From contig NMRA01000503.1 of the NCBI GenBank assembly GCA_002633005.1, positions 1-64,000 on the forward strand: DNA of 64,000 nt, in the 5' to 3' direction. Each line of letters opens with the position of its first letter. Position 1 is the first letter of the stretch. Position numbers and translations under genes: made by a program. The stretch comes from Phoronis australis. Lineage: Eukaryota; Animalia; Phoronida. This document shows, piece by piece, positions 53,938 to 64,000 of this stretch. The notes beneath the pieces are model-generated. The model was given only the letters and a program-made list of their open reading frames with translations, ran no database searches and was not told the DNA's origin.

Positions 53938-56205
53938 GGTTGCCAAATATTTAAGACATCACATGCTACGACACAGGTCCCTCCAGCCCTCTTTCAAGGC
54001 CTCGTAATTTTGATGGTTGCTTTAAGCATCACATGATGGCAAATGATCTTGTACCTACAACAACAAAAGTCCTCACATCATGTGTGTTGAGTCAACGCTC
54101 AAATTGTGAACTTCATACTCAAATTCTGAAACACAACTCTCATGTTGCACCCACATGTTCAAATTTCGACCATTATTCCTCAACCAGCTCGAGCCCTCAT
54201 GTACTCAAAATTGGACCACTATCATTACATCTGGCTTAAATTTCGAACTACCGGTAATATATCATGGTCATATTTTTCAAAAGAATACTTCAGATGGAAA
54301 GATTCTTTCACAGAAACTTACCCCGTTACTGTGAACCAGATCGTCCAAATAAATTTGCTCATAACCCAAGATCACACAGTCCCAATCTTGAAATTACACC
54401 CTGGTTGCAACACCAGTCACAGTTCAACAGAAAACAGTGTGGCTTGCAGTGCAGTTACAGCAAACTCCTCACTTATATGGACTTTGTTTCCTTTGGGAGA
54501 GGAAACAAGTTCTAGCCAAACCTGTTGATTGGTAAATTAGCCATGCAGTGAAGGTCCCTGAACCTGAATGAACCACTAACTATGGATAAGGTTGCCTTGG
54601 GTCAACACAGACCGATGATTGATTTTCCATCGTGTTAATTGACAGACGGGGCATAATATTTCACCAAGTTTGTCTTCTGTAAAGCTACAATGTTTTTGTG
54701 TAGCAAAAACAATGCAAGATGCAGAATACCGAGAAAATGAAATCTTATTTTCTCAGTACTGTTTTGAAAGTAGCACGAAATGAATGATTTACTAAAATTA
54801 CAACAGTTACCACCGTACGCTATTTTGAAAACTTTGTGAGCATTCCAGGGTTCTTCTCTTCCCAAAACTGTAAAAGGCAGACTATAGTTGAGCGAATGAA
54901 GGGGGTACATACCGCCTCTCATAGTGAAGATTGGGACTACACTCCAAAGATTTGTAAATCATGCATTTTGGTGAAATCTTATTCCGCGTATCAGAATGCA
55001 GCAAAGTTTGTGTATTAAGCCAACAACCTAAAACGAAGTTTTTTTAACTCAGTAAAACTACATATTTTCTGTAAGTAGAAACTTGGAGAATTTGATGTTT
55101 GACTTTATACCAATCCCCTATTAACTGGGTCATGTGAACATGCCTTTTTCATATTGAAGGTACATCCAAAGCAAAACAATGACATCAATGACATGGTCAA
55201 ATTTCGTTTGATAAATCAAATGATCACAATGAAATCTCAAATATGCTGTTGCAATTTTCTACATTATCATTTCATTTTCGTTTTATGCAACATTTGATTT
55301 TTTCATAAAACTCATGAACGCACTATTTTTGATAGCTCTTTAAGTAAAAGTGGAACATTAAAAAACAATCCCAAGTTCTTTTTGGGAGAACACTTCATAA
55401 ACCATCATGGTATATGAAAGTTTCATATGAATCAAATCGGCCATTTATAAGATATGATATCCAGAAGTTTGCCAATTTTTTTATATTTTTTGAGAGTCCT
55501 CTATAACCTTAACAAATTTAAAGAAGGCAGAAAACAGGGACAGGGAACTCAATCAGGGAGCAGAGTCAATCGCTGAAATTAAAAAGGGTACAGCACCTGT
55601 AGAAATAAAAAGAGGTTGATTTTGGTAAAACTTTTCGCCTAAAGTTGATGTCAAGATTTTGTTGTACCTTTATTTCAAAAATACATATTACTGTACGTAT
55701 CACCTATTTCGGATAAAATAATTGCAAAAGCTTTTTTTTTCTTTTTCACAGACTTAACGTTCTGTATATCGATTATATCTCAGAATCACTATCTAAAGGT
55801 AGCTATGTTATAAATCTTTAAAAAAGATTACATTTATTTGGTGCTACTTATGTTTTATGAAAAAAGAAAAAAGAAATTTCATTTTTCATACTTCTTACAT
55901 CCTAAATTGGTATGACTTCATTGTACTTTACTTTTAACCCAATGCCCTATCAATCGTAGCACATATTATTAGCAATTATTCAAAAATACAATGCCAAAAT
56001 AAACAACAACATACAGGTAGTATCACTGCTAAATGTACCTAGTACACTCCAGTCAAAAGTGCCTAAGGTCTTTTATGTGTCAATTCTGGCTAACTAAGCA
56101 ATAAGAAACTTATCTGGTAAATATAAGGGAGAAGAACAGTACAAAGACAGAAGACAGCCCTGATCGAGCATCTGCCTCAGATGCAAGCTTAAAAGCTGCA
56201 ATTAA

Positions 56206-56649
56206 GGTTAATATGTAGGAACATCACGTTTTGGAAATGGTTGAATGGACTGGTATGAAACTTTCAGATACAATACTTTATGGTTGAATAGACTGGTATG
56301 AAACTTTCAGATACAATACTTTATGGATTTTTCTCCAAAATGGTCAGGAATTGTTTTTAAAATGTTCCACTTCTGCATCAGGGGCTATTAAAAACAGAAT
56401 TTTTTGATTTCATGAAAAAAAAATAAAAAGTTATATAAAATGAAAATAAAATGATAAGTGAGAAACTGCAACAGCACTTTTGAGATTTCATCTCGAAACT
56501 TTTTATCAAATTAAATTTGATCAAGCTATTGATACACTGTTGTTTTGTTTTCGTATAACCAGCACTTCTGAAAAACAATAAGATTTTGTTTGGACAAAAA
56601 TTATTGTGAAAATTGACCTAGAGGCTTTCGACAATGTTGCATATGCACC
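56206..56649. mobile_element. Kolobok-like MITE with TTAA TSD; internal 43-bp tandem duplication
   Basis: ttaa|ggttaatatg ... catatgcacc|ttaa; tggttgaat.gactggtatgaaactttcagatacaatacttta occurs twice (56238, 56281). Confidence 0.6.
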
Positions 56650-58139
56650 TTAATTTTCAAAATAGTGCACCACGGTCAGATAGCTATGCTACAGAAATCA
56701 AATGTGGTGAAGCACAAACTTGATGCTACCTCCCCCCCAATAATTATTCCACCTTGTCTACAATACATCAAAACTGGTGATAATCTAATGCAGCTCAATT
56801 ATGTTAATTACCTTCACAAACTCCAACCCATCATCATTACCATTTGTCCTACACAACTATTAAAATAGGACAGTTCCAAAGTGGTTGACATAGCTGATGT
56901 AATCTGGCACCAAATTTCTGAATTCAATTTAACAGAACAAACATACTAATCAGCACAAGATTGGACATCAAGACCTGAAACATGAGAGCAGTAAGCAAAG
57001 ATGCAGGAAACAGACCTACAGTGACAACATGGCATCAGGAGTCAACTGTGTGCATACTAGACACGTAGACTACAAGGAAGAGAAATCAGCACAGAAATAT
57101 GTCTTGGATGAAATTGATCCTTTAAATTTTCATCCTTCTACCATTTTTGTGCGTGCCTGTAATTTCTCAAATACTGTCTGATGAGTCCTGTGATGCAGAA
57201 CTTAAAAATGATTTAGCATTTATTTGGAGCTAATTATCTTTCACCGAAAAACAAAATTTCCGTTCCCTACCATTTTGTGACCGAAACTGGTGATATCTTA
57301 AAATAAAAATAATAGCAAGAAGATGGTTTGTGTTTTCCAATCCTCAATTTTTCAATGCTTGGATGAAACTAGACCTTCCTTGACAAGAAACAATTGGAAA
57401 AGACTCCCCACTTCAAAACTAGCAGTAAGACCTAATTAATTAACCACTAAAAACACAAAATGTACTCAAAGGTTAGACAAAAGCTAGCAAAGACAGTTCA
57501 ACTAAAAGTTATAAAAATCAGATGATTGCAGGGGGTGGTGATTCAAAACTTGTAAACTTTAAACTTGATTATGCTTCCTTTTCAGTGTCTGTTTGCACTA
57601 AACTGGTTACAATTTTATTTTTCAAATAACAGTTATGTCTCTTCAAATCTTATATACTGGCATTACAAAATTCTGTCAAACTAGACAGATTGATGTATTC
57701 CAACTCAAACAAGTATGCTCACAACAGTAACTGACATTTCTCCACTGCTCTCTATACCTCATATGCTGGGATCATTTGATCAAATGTTGTAGCTTAAAAA
57801 GGTAAAAAAATGCAACTTCTCTCAAAACCTTAGGTCACTTACTGTTAGAAAATGGTCTCATGTAGTTATACTTGGATTAAAGATGATTTCTAGGCTAGTG
57901 ACCAGGCAAATTAAGTTGCTTGTTTTGATGGGTTAGTTCCAGTCACCAATGTAGATGATTGTCAGTAAAGTTTCATGTTGTATATTGTAACTGTTGTGAA
58001 TTTCTGGATCCTTATGGCAGTGACGATGTGAAATTTTCTACGCTGGAACCCAACTAACGTGAAATTCATGACCTACAGATTCACACACATAACTCATAGG
58101 ATGGTAAGGGAATTACTCGCTTCACTTAGCCCGAGCTCC

Positions 58140-58147
58140 NNNNNNNN
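58140..58147. other. Small assembly gap next to a poly-C run
   Basis: N characters in the sequence. Confidence 0.99.
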
Positions 58148-59764
58148 CCCCCCCCCCCCCCCCGAGAGGCAGCACAGTCCCTCTCCCCTTTGCTCCACAT
58201 GATCGAGAGGAAAGTTATGGATTTGCAGTTCCAGGTGTCACGCACAGTAGAGTAAAGGCCACTCTAAATCCCTTGCCGATGAACAACTGCTTCCTGACCG
58301 ATCGGTTTGAACAATAGACTCTCACACCAGTTGCCCAGACTGGACACCAGGTATGGACACATGGAGTTTTTCAAATCCAACAAAGAATAAGAATATGATT
58401 AACTTGCTTATCCCTAAAACTACCTCAATGAAATGCTACAGTCAGACATGACTGTTCTTTATCTTAGCTCATAACAATCGATGCACAAATCGAGAAGTCC
58501 CTCCACACATTAAAGGTGTTTACGTCTTGTGACTCTGACGGCTACTAGTAATCCAAATTAAGGCATATTTTTGCTGAAAACCTGGCACACAAAAACAATT
58601 ATCGTTACATATGTGCCGTCCTGGGAGTAATTTCATTATAGTCTTACGTGCTGTCACATACTTTCATGCCTGTGACCATACAGCCAACGAAGTGAAACCA
58701 TTTCCGGTTAAGTTGTTGTAAACTGTACATAACTTTATGGACAAAGAACAGTTGATTGAAGAATCGGCGTAAAATAATACAAGAAAATAGCCGACACTCT
58801 GTGTCAAGGAGTTGAAAGTCGACGCATGATATCATTTTGTACTACGGCTACTACATGAACAGAGTTTTAACAAAGACCTAATGCATCTATTTTTAATCAT
58901 ATTTTTTGCGTGGAAAATGATAGTAATCTTTTCAAAAGGAATTCAATCTCAGAAGCCAAAGAGTTAAAAAATCTCCAATTTTAGCTCACGGTATATCATT
59001 TCACTTTAGCCATGCACTTTTGTAGAAGTCATCACTGATGGGGCCATTAATCTGTTGTACACAAAAGGACTTTAGTGAATGAGTGTCCCTGATAAACAGG
59101 CTTGTTACCGATAGTAGTTCTTGTGCAAATATATTGAAAAAGTGCACGGTGCCGTAAAATTGACAGAGGTTCTAATGGCAGTAATGGGTAATAATTTGTG
59201 CCACATTTTATTTTGTCAGTTTTTTATCCCCATTGTTCCAAATAATTATACAGTTTTTTGGCCAAGTAATCATGCAACCTGTGAACACTTCTACATTTTC
59301 ATTGCCACTGATTAGTAGTTCTAGTACTGAACTAGTACTAGTAGGCCTACTAGCCACTGCAAGTGTTATACTAGTGTTATGTCTGCTCACTTGGCAGTTG
59401 AATCAGCTGTTAAAAGCGACAGTTGAAAGCAGCTCGTCATAATGGCATAGAACCGACTGCAAACAACACGGTGTATTCGCAGGCAACGGTATTGAAGAAC
59501 AGAAATAGTATGAATCAGTCATCCATTGACAGCTTTTTCATGTTATTGATTCACTGAAAGCTACATGCATTTTTTTTCACTTCCGGGGCGGCCAGGTTGG
59601 GTTGTCAGATTTAACTGAGAACACTCTAAAAAAGCACCTGCGATATTTACGAAGTTCTTAGACTGAACTATTGACCCTATAGGCTCAGGCATTTCTGGGT
59701 GACACAACCCCTGGAACCAAATTGTCAAAAATAAGTTAAATCAGTTACAATTTAACACCCTTAC

Positions 59765-60310
59765 CTTTTTACTTGTCTGAAAAATCAACAGACCGTACTT
59801 TTTGCCGACACAACCTGTTGGCCGAAATGCAAACTAAGATATAGTATTGTGGGATTGCCAGAGGAATGCCCGGATGATCTGAAGAATAGCTACCGAAAAA
59901 ATCTAAAGAAGCGCCCATGAGACTGTCTCTCAGTGTTTGGTAAAATCTAGATAAAATTATTGCGAATTCTTGGTAAAAGTCGTTCTCTTTGGGATCTACA
60001 CTCTTGTCACAAATAGAAAATCAAGCTTTTAGATTGTTGTTCAGCCATTCCTTCACGCTGTCGAAGCAGACGATTTGCCGTTAGCCTTGGTGCAAAGCTG
60101 TACACTAAATAAACAGCTTTGCTCCGATGTGGGTAAAAAAGTGTCAAAATAAAGTCTGACACAAAATTTGAGTCATTAAAAATGGCACTCTTCCTTTAGA
60201 AGACTAAATAATTTTCCGGTGTTAGAAAAATATGCGCTCTACCCGAGCTCAAGTTGTGGAGCCGTCTTATGCATTACCCTCTGACACAGCGTCACCTATA
60301 CTGAAAAGTA
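59765..60310 (-). promoter_or_regulatory. Candidate non-coding first exon / TSS of the GAS2-like gene
   Basis: Minus-strand donor aaag|gtaagg at 59765/59764 and Inr-like tcagt at ~60304-60300. The first coding exon has an acceptor ttgttgtag| at 54055/54054, which implies an upstream exon. Inference only. Confidence 0.35.
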
Positions 60311-61225
60311 TACCTTTCGTAGCACTGTGAAGGAGTGTATCTTATGTATAAGCTTTCGGCGCCATGACATAGGCCTATAGCGTCTCTTATTGTTCTTTTT
60401 TACATCGATTATTCAATCAAGTGTTCTTCTTCCACGCCGCATACATTTCACAACAAAGTCAGAACTGGTTTTATTTCGTTACAAGTTTTTAGTATTTTTT
60501 AAAAATACAAACAAACCTAATTTTGCTGCTTTGAAGCTGCCATTGCTGCATTCTATTCTGTCCAAACGGACGCACTGGGTTTGACTGTGTTCATACATGT
60601 ACGCGTTCGGTAATAGCGTGCAACCACCATACGTTTCCTTTGAAGCCTGGGATAATTGGCTTGCTTGTTATCATACGGGACAAAAGACAGCGCCGCGCAG
60701 TAAACAAAGGAGCCAGATGTTATCGCACGTTCAGCACCCCTCACGTCTGAAAAAGTTACTGAACGACAGGACGAGAACGCTCAGATAGCTGACTGGCTGA
60801 ACGATTTGTGTGTCTATTTAATTGGTACAAGTGTACAAGTATAGGTCCAGATAAAAACACATGGGAGTAAAATGCACTTTGCTAATATGAAAACACGCTG
60901 TCCTTGGAGGGATGTTTATGACAGAGCCGGTTTTGTTGAAAACTAATGTTGGGCACGGGCGTGATAGTCTTAGCTTTCCCTGCTCAACGTGTAGTGAAAT
61001 TTGGTCATTTGAGATCTGAAGAAAACGATCACTGCGTATATATAAACGTCGAGTTGGTTTGTGATCTTTTTTATTTCATATCCAATGATTTACAACAGTT
61101 TTACCTTAGATCATAACAGCAACAGGTCTTGTCTATGGTTTTACCGAAGTGAGCTGCACGACTCTTGCCGCGCTTTGTTTCTGTTTCCCCGACAGAAATG
61201 TTCGGAATGGCGGCGCTTGGGAACT

Positions 61226-61522
61226 CAGTGGCGGATTTAGGGAGGGGGGGCACCAGAGGGCCAAGGCCCCCACCCCCCTCCCTAAAATTCTACCAGATAC
61301 CATTTGGGAGTTCGGGTGCGAATTGTTGACTAGCACACGTGCGCAACCAGGGGGTGAATAGACAATGCATAGGTCCTGAACAAACTTCGTTTACGTTTTT
61401 TTTAAGTCAAAAGGTTCGCAAACACAGAAATTCGAGACCCTGCATCCCCACATTTTAGGCTGGGCACGCGCGTCTGCCGAAATTCTGTGCCCCCCCCACT
61501 CAAAATCCTGGATCCGCCCCTG
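61226..61522. mobile_element. MITE with 5-bp TSD (hAT5-like)
   Basis: gaact|cagtggcggatttagg ... cctggatccgcccctg|gaact. Confidence 0.85.
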
Positions 61523-63529
61523 GAACTCACTGCTTAATCCAAAAATACAATTCACGAAAGAGGGAATAGGAACTGCGAATCAAATCAAAACTGAGTCACA
61601 CAAAAAACATTTAGAAATTTGAATATACAATAATACGCCAAGTAACGGAATTCAATGACAGAAAATAAACTAAAAATATATCCTATCAGTGCTTTGGGTA
61701 CATGTCAGGAGATACTAGTCGGCCGATCCGCTGACAACTGAGTTTAGCGGCCCATCGGCCTACTCGGATATCCCAATGCTTAGGATAAAAAGACGATCAG
61801 TTTACCGGATCGTCAGTAGCGACTGAGTATTTTACACGGCGTCGCCAGATCAGTACGCCTAATCACCCGACTGGCGGATATGACCATTGTTTATCGTCTG
61901 ACAAAAATTTTGTACGTGACCAAGGCGTCATAGTACATTTTTCACCTGGGTCTAACAGAAAGATTCACCTTCATTTATGACACGATTTGAGCTAACTCGG
62001 TTCAACTCTGTGAAATAAATCGAAATTTAATATTTGCACCTAAACTCTGTACTTGGTGTTTCTGTTTAACAATGACCAATCAGCAATTAAATTGGCGGGC
62101 TGATACAGTCCTACCCAAACGCTACCTACCACTTCTGTTCAAGGTTTCACTTTGATATCAATTGTTGAGTATTATTCAAAAAGTTTTTTTTAATAAAATC
62201 CCAGTTCAGTATGACCACAGAGAAGAAATCTTTACCCGGGTATCAGAAAATTGGAGTCCCGATAGTCATCGCTGCTGTCCAATCGCACGCGGCTGCAGCT
62301 TTTTTAGGCTTCCGTATTTCAAATCTTGGTATGATGGTTACAACTGTCGCCAGAATTTTTTATCAAAACTAGACCAGTTACTCTTATGAAAGTGGTTTTG
62401 TTGAAATTTCTTACCAGCCAGGATAGGACTTTATTTCTGTTGCCACAGAGAACATAGAGCATTTGCAAGTTTGCGATGCTTCAGTTGACAGTCCTCGTCC
62501 AAATTTTGACTCCTTTTATTCAACTTGATCAGTTCCAACTACACTATGTTCAAACTATTAATACAGTACACGTATCATGGCGAGGAAATATAAGATCACT
62601 GAGAACGGCTACCGGGCGGTTAAAAAACGGCCAATTTGAAAGAAAGATAAATAAGAATGAAATGTTTTTTTTAAGCCAAAAATAACACCTCTGGACTTTA
62701 TTCTGATCACAGCCACCATAGAAAACAAGAAATGATATCTTGCTTTAGTATTTCATGACTCCACGTTTTGAGGACTGCACAATTGAATCAAAACATTCGT
62801 CATTCGCCTTTGTCATTTACTACGTAAGCCAACACTTGTGTGTATTATTATCTTACTCATGATATCGAACACAAGTCTGCGCAAAGTGGTTCACTTCCCA
62901 AAGTCACCAGGTGGTCGCCCTCACCCACGAGTCGTCCCACCTAGAACCGCCAAACAACACGTCGTGGGCGGGGAATCGACATTTCGTGAGTCCGCTAAAA
63001 ATAGTTCAACAAAGGGACAAATGATTTACGAGAAAGAAAGTCAGAAGAGAAGTTAAGTTACCAAAAACTGACTTCTTGGTCACTTGGCAAGCCTTTAATG
63101 TTGGAAATTGGCATGAAATATGTATATTTTTTTTCTTTACCGCATCTACAGTGGAGAAAATCTGACCAGATCTAGTAGAACTGAGTCAGCCACCAGGTGG
63201 TGACCCCGGCTAGACCGTCAGCCAGTCGTAAATTGCCAAACTCCTAACAAGTGAAAACTGACATTGCGCGAAACACACACAGGAGTAATTCAAGGGAAAC
63301 AGAACAAAAAATTTGCTTTAAACCTGCATTGCTTTTGATGCCGGATATAAAATGGCAGACATTTTTCGAACTAAGACACCAGTCAGTAACATTGAGTGAA
63401 TAACTGGCCAGACAGACATTAGAATAATACACGGTGAAATAAGCATACTTCGGGTAAATGTCATTGTAAGTAGCTAACGATAGATGCTGCTTGTGTTGAA
63501 CTAACAGGGATGAACTTGGCACGCGTGAT

Positions 63530-63673
63530 CATGGGCGGCGCAACACTGAAAAAAGGGTGGGCTAAAGCCCCCTTAGCCCCCCTGTGTTGCACCGCCTATT
63601 GACCATGTGCAGCGTAGCACTGAAAAAAGTGGGGAGCTATAGCCCCCCAGCCCCCTATGGTGCGCTGCCCATG
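63530..63673. mobile_element. MITE with 5-bp TSD
   Basis: gtgat|catgggcggcgca ... tgcgctgcccatg|gtgat. Confidence 0.85.
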
Positions 63674-63714
63674 GTGATATGGGGATTTTCTCTTACTGGA
63701 AGGTTGTCACTGTG

Positions 63715-63869
63715 CATAGGCGAATCCAGGGGGTCAAGGGGGTCCGGACTCCCCATTTTCCCTTGATTTTAGTGATATCAAATCTAGAATTTTCAAATTA
63801 TTGACTTGGACCCCCCTTTTCAAAAAATCCTTGATCTGACCCTTTTAAAAAATCCTGGATTCGCCCCTA
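63715..63869 (-). mobile_element. MITE with 5-bp TSD, inverted copy of the 16181-16324 family
   Basis: ctgtg|cataggcgaatccagg ... cctggattcgccccta|ctgtg. Confidence 0.85.
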
Positions 63870-64000
63870 CTGTGATAAAATGCCGTCCAGGATAATTGTC
63901 CACTTCGTTAACCTTTGAAAGTCCAGAGACAAAGTGAGTTCCATAACTCATATTCACAACAGTTATATGAGTTTTTTTTTTGTAACAAAATCAAGAGGCC

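Noticed and set aside
53938-53946. ORF-track start of the GAS2-like gene at 53946
   Set aside because: That codon is TTG; the first ATG, in good Kozak context, is at 53937.

Overview
AT-rich, intron-containing animal genomic DNA. It is probably from a marine invertebrate, inferred from gene structure and repeat types. Two protein-coding genes lie tail-to-tail. (1) A 19-exon KIFC3-like kinesin-14 on + (CDS 20217-37316, 977 aa by manual splicing) has a long coiled coil, a neck and a C-terminal motor. (2) A GAS2-like/Pigs actin-microtubule crosslinker on - (5 coding exons, CDS 53937-43299, 724 aa) has a CH domain, a GAR domain and a basic tail with SxIP-type motifs. The first ~14 kb is a decayed tandem array of about six ~1.9-kb units, interrupted by younger insertions. 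One insertion is a Helentron/HINE-like element carrying 11 co-oriented CTCF-consensus-like motifs in a ~430-bp higher-order repeat. The remainder holds LINE fragments (CR1/L2-group, Tx1/L1, RTE), tRNA-derived SINE heads, several MITE families with readable TSDs, a THAP-bearing transposon relic and two assembly gaps. No prokaryotic-type system, CRISPR array, rRNA or intact tRNA was found. All calls were made by eye, with no database search.
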